Below the pieces are notes generated by a model. The model was not told where the DNA came from. It was given only the letters and a program-made list of their open reading frames with translations, and did not search any database. 64,000 nucleotides of DNA from Paramoeba atlantica. Taxonomy: Eukaryota > Protista > Discosea. Where the stretch lies: positions 186,001 to 250,000 of the forward strand of contig CDRNVI010000039.1 of NCBI GenBank assembly GCA_977017575.1, written 5' to 3'. This document shows positions 43,449 to 54,439 of the stretch, in pieces. Every line of letters starts with the position of its first letter. Position 1 is the stretch's first letter. Made by a program: the position numbers and the translations under genes.

Positions 43449-45060
43449 AACCGGGGGACGGAATAATATTAAGATGCGGTTTATTATTAAGTTGCGGTTT
43501 ATTATTAAGTTAGACAAGTTATTATTAAGCTAGACAGGTTATTATTAAGCTGGACAAGTTATTATTAAGTTGTCAAGGGGTAGAAATGCTTGATGACTCG
43601 TCGGACGTAATTGGTAGCGGAAGCGATGGAGAAAGTGAAAGTGCTAGCGAGAGCGAAAGTGAAAGCAATTGTGAAAGCGAATGTGAAAGTGTGAATTCAA
43701 GCGAAGAAGAAATAGGATATAATGTTGAAAGTGCGAGCGAAAGTAAAATTAAGAGTAATTCAACTTCGGATGATGAAGATAACGGAGCGGAGCTGACTGT
43801 TGGAGGTAAAGACAAGAACGAGCGCAAAAAACAACATTGCGTAGTATATACGGGGCGTCCTATAGACCAGGGTGTGCGCGGTCGAGTGGAACCCACGGCT
43901 AGACAAAAGCGTGTAATATATGAGAAGTGGATTTCCTGGTCGCAACAAGATCGAGATGCTTATGGATCACTCCGCAAGTTAAACTCTTGGATCGACAAGC
44001 GATTCCCTAAGAAACGTGTCCACATTTTTAACAAAAAGCAAGTTATGGCATACTCTAATATTCCTAGGCATAGTCAAAAGCGTAAAAGGCATGTAAAGGG
44101 GCATAAACTGAAATGGCTAAAACAACAATTGCATTATTTTATTCTTGGAGCTCGAGAGAACGATGCTTTGATAACAACCGAGATGGTGCGCCAAGAGGCA
44201 TTTCGCATGCTGAAAAAGGAAAACCGCAAATCACCAGAGCAGAACAAAGCACGGGGGATTACAAGAGTAAGCGAACGTTGGATAGGGAGATTCCTCCACT
44301 CTTACAAATGGTCTATAAGATTAGTAAAGAGATCAACTCAGCTATCAAGTGAAGAGATAAAGAAAAGAATTCATTCCTTTCATACGTTTGCCTATCGTTG
44401 TCTTAACACATTTGGCACAGAGAACAACATATCCGTCGGACCGCCCGCCAAAAAAGATAATGGATGCATAATGCCGTTGCCCGAGCGCACGAACAAGTTA
44501 TAAACCTCGACAACGACTCTCTTGATGAATCAGGGACCCTTTCCTCTTCTATGAACGTTGTTCAACAATTCAAAAGCTTGGGGTACATGTATATCGACCC
44601 TCGTGATGCATCGTGGTCGCATGTGAAATGTTTAGAAGGATATGTCTTTGTTCCACCAAGCGATGACGATGAGAGAGACGAAGCTAGGAGAATCGAAGAT
44701 GCCTTTAAGCGTGGGAAAAGCGTCCAGGCACGAAAATCATTCCAAGGACGGCTCGATAAATGGTGTAACCCACGACGCTCCACCGAATAAAGGTAAAGAA
44801 AAGAATGATTTATGAAGTTTATGAAGTCGGGTAAAGATTCAGATAAAAAAAATATTGTTAAAGATTGCATACATAAAAAAACAATTTGTTAATTTTATTA
44901 CAAACTTAATAATAACCCGCCGACAAGCTAATATTAAGTTTCAAAAAGTTGACAGGTTATTATTAAGTTTGACAGGTTATTATTAAGTTTGACAGGTTAT
45001 TATTAAGTTGTCAAGTTATTATTAAGTTTCAGCAACTTAATATTATTCCGTCCCCCGGTT
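43449..45060 (+). mobile_element. Internally deleted pogo/Tigger-like DNA transposon
   Basis: Perfect 25-bp TIRs aaccgggggacggaataatattaag / cttaatattattccgtcccccggtt, TA TSD, subterminal ttattattaag repeats at both ends. Confidence 0.92.
43586..44503 (+). CDS. Truncated pogo transposase: acidic N-terminus + CENP-B-type HTH, DDE domain absent
   Basis: LKQQLHYFILGAREND-ALITTEMVRQEA...VSERWIGRFL...IR...TQ matches HTH_Tnp_Tc5; similarity stops where NxDET would start; the only substantial + strand ORF. Confidence 0.8.
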   Translation: MLDDSSDVIGSGSDGESESASESESESNCESECESVNSSEEEIGYNVESASESKIKSNSTSDDEDNGAELTVGGKDKNERKKQHCVVYTGRPIDQGVRGRVEPTARQKRVIYEKWISWSQQDRDAYGSLRKLNSWIDKRFPKKRVHIFNKKQVMAYSNIPRHSQKRKRHVKGHKLKWLKQQLHYFILGARENDALITTEMVRQEAFRMLKKENRKSPEQNKARGITRVSERWIGRFLHSYKWSIRLVKRSTQLSSEEIKKRIHSFHTFAYRCLNTFGTENNISVGPPAKKDNGCIMPLPERTNKL

Positions 45061-45602
45061 TATTTTTTCATCAATCTACCTTTTGGGTAAAAAAGCCCGA
45101 TTTTTGGGCGAAAAATGCGAAATTTTACCCCAAATTAGGGCCGTTTTTGATGCATTACCAGTAGGGGTAGGAAGTGCACCTAGCTGAGATCCGAAACTCT
45201 CAAAATACGACTTAGGAATCGATTTTGGAAAAACTTTGTTTTCACTTTTTTTGGGTCATAAAATTTCGGAATTTTCGAACTTGTCGGACCCCTCCTGCGC
45301 ATACCAGGAGGGGTCACCCCCAGGTGGGGGGGGGGTGGAAAATTATCGCCGCGGCATACTCTACCACTTTCCAGGGCTTGATTTCGAAAATCAAGATTTT
45401 GAAAATTTCAAAAAACGACGTATGCCCCTCCCCCCTGGACCTCCCATTTTTTTCAATTTCTTTTTTCAGTTTTGGACCACCGGGACCCCCTTTTGTATTT
45501 TTTTCTTCTATTATAAATTCTTCTTTATTACTGTGTTCCTCTTTATATTTTCACTGTTTTTGTTCGATTTTTTTGCAATAAGCAAGGGTAGAGCGGTAGT
45601 TA

Positions 45603-46331
45603 GAGGGCTGAAACCAGTAAAATGCAAACCCAGGCAAACCCAGTCAGGTCCCAAAAAAACCTATGGCAAAGGTACTTGGCGTTTTTTCGGCTATGGAGTT
45701 CGCTGGAGAATCCGGGTGGGGGGTCTAGGGGGTTCCAGGGGGATATACATATATACATGTATGTATGGAAGCTATAGGGGAGGCGAAGCCGGGTCCAGGT
45801 TGGGGGCGCAGGGAGCGTGTAGGGAGCGAGTACCCTGTAATGGGGTGTCTCCCCTGAGTGCGTGAATGGAAACACTCATTCATCTTGCCACTGGAAGGTG
45901 GCCGGCTCACTCGATCAAGAAAAGCCTTCCGGTTGGACACCGGGTGGTGGCAAAGATTTCTCCAAATAAAAAAAAGGAACAAAGGCATTTGCTAGGAACG
46001 AGATCTATCAAACACAATGAAAACAAGCTAAAATGCGAGATAAAATATTTTGACAACGCATAAAACGACAAAAAAAGCGAGAAGAAATTATGTGTTTCAG
46101 AAAAATGACCCCCGGAAACCAAGTATTTTGGACCCAGGGGGAACCAGGGGGTCCCTACATAAACAAGGCGGCAAAGCTATTCACCAGGGGAACGAGATCT
46201 ATTCAATGCTGCAAAAATGAGAAAAAAACAGACAAAGAAATCAAATTTCCGCAAGGGGGAAGATATTTTGAAAGCACTGTACAATATTGAAAATGAGAAA
46301 ACCCAGGCAAACCAAGGTGGTTTCAGCCCTC
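45603..46331. mobile_element. PIF/Harbinger-type (Tourist-like) non-autonomous element, TTA TSD
   Basis: TTA|gagggctgaaacca ... tggtttcagccctc|TTA; 14-bp perfect TIR. Confidence 0.85.
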
Positions 46332-46525
46332 TTATACAACTACCGCAATAACCCAAATTAGCGGCATAAATAGAATAACTTACAGTGTATTTCTGACCAA
46401 AAAATCTGTCAATTAATTGCGCTAATGCATGTTACGCTATAAAAAGGTACTTTAATCTATGTTTTTTTACATGGCAAAGAATGCAGAATAATTTAAACTA
46501 GACAATTTATACCAGTACATCTTGA

Positions 46526-47900
46526 CTAATTGCCAAAGCAATATGTGACACAATGTGGAACTGATCCATCGAGGGAAGATAATTCAGCATCAATATGTAG
46601 AAACATAAGACTCTCTGGCAACATGCTGAAATCAGCTGGCCCCAAGAAGGGATTCCCATCAACGTCCAAGCGCTGCAGACAGGAGGGTAGACATGTTAAA
46701 TCGAGACGACCTTCCAATTTATTGCCATCAATTTTAATTTCACGCACAGTATGAGGAATATGTGACCAATTAAGAGTACCACCAAGCCCCATACTCCTCC
46801 AAATAATTTCTTTTTTAGGCTCTTCGTTAAACGCGGTGGTTGCTTTCAACTTAGAAGTCACTCATGCTGCGCGCTTCGCGTTGAAAACTACCGCCGCGTT
46901 TAACGAAGAGCCTAAAAAAGAAAATTTAGCCTGGAAAACGGAAAGATTATAGCCAAAAATAGCCGAATTTCGGGTACAAATGGGGTCATTTTCGCATATT
47001 TTTGCTCTCAGAGCACTAAATCCGACATTTGCGCGTGGGAAATCACTCGCACGCATGAATGAAAGCCTACCGAACGTATTGGGTAGAGAATGCGACTCCA
47101 ACCATACCATTCTTTCGACACAAAAATGCCCCTTTAGGTCCGAAAAATACTTTTTCACCTTTTGTGGTCAAAAATGGGTCATTTTGAGGGGCGCACCACA
47201 GTTCGAAGAAGTGATACCTTGCGAAAACAACTGCGTAGAAAGCTAGTGTAGGTCCCAAACTATCAAAATACAATAGGGGAAACCATTTTGGAAAAATATT
47301 TTTTTTGTCATTTTTTTCGCCAAGTTGAATTTTTTTTCAAAAAATTTTTTCCGAAAAAATCCGAACTTGGCGGACCCGTCCTGCGGATACGCGGGGGGGT
47401 CACCCCCGGGTAGGGGGGTGGAAAATGCGCGCCAAGACCCCGGCTACCCTTTCTGCAGTTTTTTTTCGAAAACTAATTTTTTCGAAAAAATTTGATCGAC
47501 CATGCCCCCCCCCCCTGGACCCCCCCCCTGGACCCCCCCCCTGGACCCCCCATTTTTTTCAAATTTTTTTTTCAGTTTTGGACCACCGGAGCCCCCTTTT
47601 ATATTTTTTTCTTCTATTATATTACTGTGTTCCTCTTTATATTTTCACTGTTTTTGTTCACTTTTTTTTCAATAATCGAGTGTAGAGCGGTAGTTTTACA
47701 ACCACCGCAATTTGTATTACATTTCCTTTCGCATCAAGTGTGATACCTTCCCACTCGGCCAAAGGAACATCTGGCTTCCAAGTGGAATGTAAGTTCGACA
47801 TATTAGCTATGAGTTTCATAAGGTGAAATTCCTGAGGAAGTTGTGTTCCTTTGACCTTTGAGGAACGACTTTGTTGTCCACAATCACTGCAGGAGATCAT
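46526..47900 (-). pseudogene. LRR gene split by a family B insertion
   Basis: 5' part MISCSDC...WEGITLDAKGNVIQI (47900-47711) and 3' part IWRSMGLGGTLNW...LPSCLQRLDV (46809-46526) rejoin in frame. Confidence 0.9.
46810..47710. mobile_element. Family B full-length copy inside the LRR gene
   Basis: cttttttaggctcttcgttaaacgcgg ... gagcggtagttttacaaccaccgcaa; aattt shared at both junctions. Confidence 0.92.
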
Positions 47901-48042
47901 AGAAAAATAACCAGAATTGTAAGGAAATTCCACAGAAAGTAATAGAGGATATAGGATGCTAGGATACGGGTATAAAACCGAGACCAGGTGTCCTTGGTTA
48001 GCACTTTTCGATTTCTAAAAAGCAAACTTTGGTTTAAAGCTA

Positions 48043-48600
48043 TTATCGCGGTAGTTGTATAACTGTAACCCCAACTATACCGCTCCACCTTCGGTTATTG
48101 AAAAGTAGTGAACAAAGAGAGTGAATAATAGAGAGGAACACATTACAATGTAGTAAATTTAGTATCTTCGTTAAGCGCAGTGGTTGTTTTCAACTTAGAA
48201 GTCACACATGCTGCGCGCTTCGCGTTGAAAACTACCACCGCGTTTAACGAAGAGCCTAAAAAAGAAAATTTGGCCTGGAAAGCTGAAGGAAACGGAAGGA
48301 GTTAAGCCAAGGAAAGCTCATTTTGTTAGCCCTGTCGCAGCTACAATAAAGGGTGTCTTACGAAAAAACGTCGTAAAAGGCGAGTAGAGGTCTCAAACTC
48401 TCGAAACACAATAGGGGAAAAGTTTTGGAAAAAATACCCCTTTTTACCATTTTTTTAATTTTTTTTGCGTGAAAAGTCCGAAATTGGCGGACCCGTCCTG
48501 CGCATACGAGGGGGGGGGCACCCCCGGGTATGAGGGTGTAAAATGCGTGCCAATCCCCCGGCTACCCAACTTTTTTCCCTTTTTCAGGGTTCGCGGAAAC
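48043..48600. mobile_element. Diverged family B subfamily fragments (a 5'-end fragment followed by an opposite-orientation partial copy)
   Basis: tcgcggtagttgt... at ~48046; palindrome at 48165-48275; ggcggacccgtcctgcgcatacg core at ~48486. Confidence 0.65.
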
Positions 48601-49860
48601 TTTTTTATAGTAAAAAAAGTTTTTTTCAGTGGATGAAAGTTACTTTAAAGTACTTTTTATACTTTTTTTTACTATAAAACTTTCAAAAACGTTTTTTTCC
48701 GTTTACCCAAAAATTCGGTAGAGTAGTACTGCCATGACCTTTTCTTTGCGCTCGAACTTCAGGTTACCTGTTATTGCAGGGGAATTGAAAGCGAAGGAAG
48801 GCGAAAGGGAAGATGGGTGGAAGGGAAGTCTGCGTGAAGGGGGTGAAGAGGGTGAAAGGGAATGAAGGATCTCACATTACGCGAATAGGTAATTTTCCAT
48901 TGAGTGAGTTGACAGTAAGAAAAAAATGTGCGTAAAGAAAGATAGTAAAAATGCTACTAAACAGTGCAACTGATTCGCGAAATGCAGTAAAAATCAAAAA
49001 AATACGTCATATCAGCCCAAATGCAAAATTGAATACGAAGCATTCGAACACCGAGAAAAGAATCGCGCCTCAACTGCCAATGTGACATCGATTGGTGTTG
49101 ACATTTTCAATCAATTTTCAATAAATACGACACTGTAGACACCTGGAGAGATCAGAAAGTTCGAACTCTTAATCAGTTAGATATCAGCCCAAATGATAAC
49201 TTAGACACGAAAAACTTTAACATAAGTAATGTAAATAAATAATGTAAGTAAATAAAGTAAACAAATAGTTTCAAACTTTTATTATATAAATTTTAGAAAA
49301 TTGCAGATAAATCAACTGTTTCCTAGCACCCACGCCTCTTGTGATCCAAATCATAATCGGCAGCATGTATCCTTGTTACTCGGGGGTATGCTTTTTCGGC
49401 GAGAAAAGACCTTGTTAAGAAAAATTCTTGTTACTGAGGGTCAGCCCAAAAAGGGCCAAGTCTCTGTTCTTGGGGGATCTATTACGGGGGGTATATACGG
49501 TATGAGCTTATATCGTTTACAATTACTGTATGGGTAAGCACAAAATTACTCAAAAACTTCGAGCAAAACATTTACTTTACTCTTTTAAATTCATGCAGCT
49601 GGAGAGGTGTTTTCGGGGCATACTTTATCGATTTTTGATTTATAATTCATAAAAAAAATATTTTTTTGTATAAATAATATATTTTTGTAAATGCCCCTAA
49701 ATGACCCATTTATAAAAATTAATTAAAAGGGGAGTACATCCTCGCAAAAGTGGAAAAAACGGCCAAAAGCGGATATGTCACCTAGGAGGACGAGTCACCT
49801 ATTATCGACTTCGAGTGTGCTTATTTTTTCTATTAGTTACTCTCGGCCTGCTATACTAAA

Positions 49861-49953
49861 GAATGAGTTAAACGGGGTAGAATGAGTTAAACGGGGTAGA
49901 ATGAGTTAAACGGGGTAGAATGAGTTGAACGGGGTAGAATGAGTTAGACGGGG
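49861..49953. repeat. 19-bp minisatellite, about 4.7 copies
   Basis: gaatgagttaaacggggta repeated. Confidence 0.9.
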
Positions 49954-49975
49954 AGAAAACAAACAAATAATGTTA

Positions 49976-50599
49976 TCCCCCCCTATTTAATAGGACTCCG
50001 ATTTTGGGCAAAAGGCCCTAATAAAGGGGGGGACATGGAATATACCGTAGACCCCCCCAGTAATAGACCCCCCCCCCAGTAACAAGGATTTGACCCTTTT
50101 TCGGCTGACCCCCAGTAACAAGGATTTGGCTCGGGAGGGTCATTGGAGGGGGGAGGGGGTGTTTGGGCGGGCGGGGGTGGCTGGGCGGGGTGAGGGCGGT
50201 TGCGAGGGAGCGAATGGCGTGGTTGCGGGGTTGGATAGGCTGAAAATCAACGCACTCATGAACAAAAAAGGTCCTTTCTCACCCAAAAAGCATACCCCCC
50301 CCAGTAACAAGGATTTGCCCATTTTGACCCAAAATCGATTCTATTACTGAGGGGTCTACGGTAATGTGAAAGAAAAAAATCGGCGCCGCTTCGCGGCGCC
50401 TTTGTTATCGTTGTGAAACAACATCCAACTCCCTTTTGATACACTTTGGGTTGTTGCGGTAGATACGAAAAAAAAATCCACCGCCTCGCGGCGCATTCGG
50501 CAATTTTTTGGCACTTTCCCTGAAACTTTTTTGGGCCTTCCTGACCGAATGGCCCTATTAAAGAGGGGTTCGCACGTAGCCCTATTAAATAGGGGGGGA
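49976..50599. mobile_element. TIR element with TA TSD hosting a nested MITE
   Basis: TA|tccccccctatttaatagg ... cctattaaataggggggga|TA. Confidence 0.8.
50045..50361. mobile_element. MITE family E, nested, TA TSD
   Basis: TA|ccgtagacccccccagtaatag ... ctattactgaggggtctacgg|TA. Confidence 0.88.
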
Positions 50600-50640
50600 T
50601 AGTATGATCTACGTGGGACATCACACCTTCTCTATCTGAA

Positions 50641-50775
50641 AAACGGGGGTCCAGTTTCGCATACCTGTGACCTCGTACCATACCGAGGGGGGTATGGTAT
50701 CGTGACTCGGGGTCGATAGAATACCCCCCTCGGTATGGTACGAGGTCACAAGTATGCGAAACTGGACCCCCGTTT
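50641..50775. repeat. 135-bp palindrome (~55-bp arms)
   Basis: aaacgggggtccagtttcgcatac...cgagggggg pairs with cccccctcgg...gtatgcgaaactggacccccgttt. Confidence 0.9.
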
Positions 50776-50947
50776 AACTATATTTGAGTAGTGAAATGAA
50801 TGTAAATAATGAATCTTAAATAATAATGATCATTGTATCGTCATTGCCCCTGACTTGTCCCCGCTTTCGTGTCTTGGTACTAGGTGACATATCCTCTCAT
50901 CGATTGTAAAAAGAGGATATGTCACCTAGGAGGACAAGTGAGGGGGG

Positions 50948-51760
50948 GTGACGGTAGTATCTAAAAAACCCTCTAAACCACGGGCTTTCGCCTCCGTTGC
51001 GGACCAATTCGACAAGGAGAATATCCAGTATGCATGGGACAAAGCCCAGGCAGCAGAAATTTTAGAACAGCTAACATGGGAGGAACGGAAACCCCCCCAG
51101 CACAATAAAAGGGCAAAAAGATCCCAGAACTTAACACCACGGGCGAGCTTCGCTGCCACACCAGTCGGTGCCGACACCTCCCCTTGAAAAGTACTGTATG
51201 ATTTTATAACATACGCACTCAAGAGTACTCAAGAGTATACGTACTCAAGAGTATACGTACTCAAGAGTACAAATTCGAATTCTCAGGGAGCGAAAATTTG
51301 AGTCTTTTAAAGACTGGCCTACGGACCCAGTAACATCTGCAAAAATGGATACAGGAATACTCATCAAAATAGCAGAAGAGAGCGGTATGGACGAGGCAGC
51401 AATTCTCTTTAAACACTTAACTAACCCATAACTGTTCAATGCCCTCCTAACAAAGGAAAAGGACTCGAGATCTTATATCTCGAGTCCTTTTCCTGCGAAC
51501 AACACCAAAGAAAAGCACTTTTAGTTTCTAACAGCCAGAACGTGGTATCCTGGCTTACGCATTGGAAAGCCGGGCCTCCATTCATCATGTACTGGCTTTG
51601 CAAATTGAAACGATTTCATGGGAACGGCTTATTAAATCAGGTTGTATGAATTGAATCCAAACGTAATATAGCAGGTTGACCGTCGCGCATCGGAAGAAAG
51701 GCGACAAGCTTGGCCTAGATTCATTAGCAAATATTTGTCTACAACAACGAAGAAATAATT
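50948..51760 (+). pseudogene. Degenerate coding relic, possibly from a VIPER/TATE-like retroelement
   Basis: Broken frames DWPTDPVTSAKMDTGILIKIAEE...LTNP*LF and RRQAWPRF loosely recall the pre-RT region; several stops. Confidence 0.25.
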
Positions 51761-52093
51761 TCCTTACAGATTAATCCAACATGGTTATGTAATAAAATTT
51801 ATTAAATTGAAAGTTATATTCTTTTATATTCGCATTCCTTTATAGTCATCCAACATGGTATGGTTGCTTAGGTTCTACTCAATAGGAGCTCAACAGAAGT
51901 TCGCTGCGCATGGAGATCGGTAACTAGAAAAAATATTTTTGAAGAAATGAGCAAAAGTGCGGAGTTTGGTTCAGTTTCAACGTATATTTTTTGCTTGTTA
52001 CTACTACTTACTTAGAGAGACCTCCTTCTTTCTACTTAAATTCTTCTAATTACTCACGTGCTAATTTTCAGCCTTTTGCAAATTACAGAACTT

Positions 52094-52999
52094 TCATTTT
52101 CTCTTCAAGTTCTCGCTGTAAATCTCAGTGCGATCACGTGCTCTAGTTAAAAAGTTTTCTGTATCGACATGGGTATCCTCCTTACGACGCGCATCTAATT
52201 CGCGACGTATTTTTTCAGAGGTAGTACTTTTATAAAACTTCCAGGCAGCTTGCGATTCATCTACCACTGTTAAAGATGTACCATTATTATCTTTGGATTC
52301 TTCTGTTAGGTGTGTTAGCGTATTCTGACTATGTGTTTCTTGTCTCTTTTTGTCTGACCAACGACGAAGGTACGTCGTACGTGCAGGTGTGATGTAGAAA
52401 AGCATAGAACCACTATCTTCGTTGCGTGCTGTTTCGTGATCAGTAGTTTGTTGCTTTACCTCTATTTGATTTGACTGACCTGTATTTGGTGGAACACCGC
52501 TGATCGTCATTAATGCGGAGCACTGAAGAGACGGGCTTGTGCACGACGGGCTTGTGCTTTTATGCGCTGTTGTCCCACGAAAAAGAGTGACATTATCAGT
52601 TTCGAACTGCTTACATAATTTGCGCTCTGTTTCATGCACTTCAGAACCAGTAACAGGACGAAGAATGTATCGACGTAAGGGATTGCTCCATCGCGTCCAT
52701 TTATTTGCATCTCTTTGCAGACAGGGGTGATGGACCTTTTGAAGGGTTTTCCAGTCGGAAAAGGAACGCAATCCGTCATTTAACAACGATGAATACTGTT
52801 CAATGGCTTTGGATAATGCATTGTAGTCTGTAGTTTGCGCTTTGTCAATAGAACTCGTCACAGGTAAGGAATAAATGGAACAAGCTGGAGAGCTACCCCC
52901 ACTGCTAATACCATGGGAAGATTCACCGCTGAAATCCGAGTCCGTTGAAAGATGATAAGATGAATCACTGGTTGTATCTTCCGAGATGCGGCTCAGCAT
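52094..52999 (-). CDS. Swc5/CFDP1-like protein with C-terminal BCNT domain (SWR1 complex subunit candidate)
   Basis: C-terminal VDESQAAWKFYK...IRRELD...HVDTENFLTRARDR fits the BCNT pattern; Ser-rich N-terminus; likely ATG at 52999. Confidence 0.65.
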   Translation of the reverse strand: MLSRISEDTTSDSSYHLSTDSDFSGESSHGISSGGSSPACSIYSLPVTSSIDKAQTTDYNALSKAIEQYSSLLNDGLRSFSDWKTLQKVHHPCLQRDANKWTRWSNPLRRYILRPVTGSEVHETERKLCKQFETDNVTLFRGTTAHKSTSPSCTSPSLQCSALMTISGVPPNTGQSNQIEVKQQTTDHETARNEDSGSMLFYITPARTTYLRRWSDKKRQETHSQNTLTHLTEESKDNNGTSLTVVDESQAAWKFYKSTTSEKIRRELDARRKEDTHVDTENFLTRARDRTEIYSENLKRK

Positions 53000-53253
53000 T
53001 ACATGGTTCAGGACAACGGAGAGCAACACTAGAGTACTAGTGATCCATAAAATTCTTTTTGTTTAACGTACAATGTACAATACCATACATGTACTATAAT
53101 ATGATGGTACATTGCATATTATAAAAAAGTACACATCGTAAGGTACTACATATACATAACGTGTGTATAAAGCATTGTTTTATCGATTGAAACAAAGAAA
53201 GATTGATATTGTAGAGGCAAAAAGATTTTTAGTATTATTAAAAGAGTAAACGT

Positions 53254-54090
53254 TTACGAAATCCAATAGCCTACTTCCACGAATGAAGGACAAATGTCAT
53301 CAATAAAACCAGTAATAGGGTTACCTGAAAGATTAACATAAGACAAATTCGCTGGAAGGTTTCGTAAATCTACATAGCCACTGAATTGATTTTCATGAAG
53401 ATTTAATGTCTCCAGAGAATGAGGTAATGCTTCAAAACAAAGCGGACCGGATAGCTTGTTACCGTTTAAACTTAGTACTTCGAGAGTGGGGGGCAAGTGG
53501 GCCAAAGAGACAGAACATGAAAAACTATTTTCAGAAGCGCTTAGGATTTCAAGAGACGAAGGAAGTTGAAGCAGGGAAATAGAACCCTCAAAGCGGTTCA
53601 CATCGATGAAGAGTTTAGTCAAGGCCACAGGTAACTGACACAAGTTGACCGTTCCATGAAAAAAGTTCGTTAAAATAAACAATGTATTCAATTCGGCTGG
53701 TAATGAACTCCAATCTACCTCCCCTACAAATCGATTTCGTTGTAATTCAAGATTTCGCAAACCTGTAGGCAGGTCAACCCATTCAATTTGCCCTTCAAGA
53801 TAATTTCCTCGTATATTAAACGACTCCAGTGAGGGGCTGTCAAAGCGCAAATCAATTGTTCCCTCAAGGTTCTGAGCGTTCCACATAATTTTAGAAACTT
53901 GCCCCTTCACGTCGCATATTATTCCATACCATGTGCATGCACTATTTGAGCTTGACCACGTGGGATGAGGGTTGGATACATCTTGTATTATACGCTGCAA
54001 CTGGTACTCTGGAGGAAGTTGAGATCCACGAACCTTTTGTGGTCCACGTTGCGAAATGAAGACATCATCTAAGATTGCAAGATCGATCAT
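53254..54090 (-). CDS. Leucine-rich repeat protein (same family as 26266)
   Basis: KVRGSQLPPE N-terminal motif, WYGIICD cap, LPxxLxxLxLxxNxF repeats; ATG at 54090. Confidence 0.92.
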   Translation of the reverse strand: MIDLAILDDVFISQRGPQKVRGSQLPPEYQLQRIIQDVSNPHPTWSSSNSACTWYGIICDVKGQVSKIMWNAQNLEGTIDLRFDSPSLESFNIRGNYLEGQIEWVDLPTGLRNLELQRNRFVGEVDWSSLPAELNTLFILTNFFHGTVNLCQLPVALTKLFIDVNRFEGSISLLQLPSSLEILSASENSFSCSVSLAHLPPTLEVLSLNGNKLSGPLCFEALPHSLETLNLHENQFSGYVDLRNLPANLSYVNLSGNPITGFIDDICPSFVEVGYWIS

Positions 54091-54439
54091 TCGCAATAGT
54101 AAGACCGCGTGATTTGTTTTTTAAAATAGTCAAATTACACAGATAACAAGTTTTTACGAAAAGAAGTTGTAACACAAAGAGTAATCAACAGTATCTGAAT
54201 AAAACATAGATTTACCTCATTTTTTTTGCGCTCTTGATTGCCTCTCTGCATTCGTCAAACGGCAAACATGTAAAATGCAAGAAAAATATTATGCAAGAAA
54301 TGAGTTAAAAAGAAGAAAAAAACAATTGCTCGTGATGCTCAAGTCGTCCGAAAGGGAATCAGATTCCTACCTCAGTGATTTTCGCTAAAAAATATATCGA
54401 AACCTAAAAATGCAAAGAAGTGATGTAACAATTGGCTCT

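Larger units (their letters stand above)
43311..46348. mobile_element. Diverged family B copy carrying two nested insertions
   Basis: Palindromic end at 43311-43425; body resumes 45062-45600; terminal hairpin split by the 45603 insertion and completed at tacaactaccgcaa. Confidence 0.7.

Noticed and set aside
50226-50240. kDNA minicircle UMS/CSB-3-like GGGGTTGG
   Set aside because: Only 8 of 12 bases match, there are no CSB-1/2 blocks, and it lies inside a MITE
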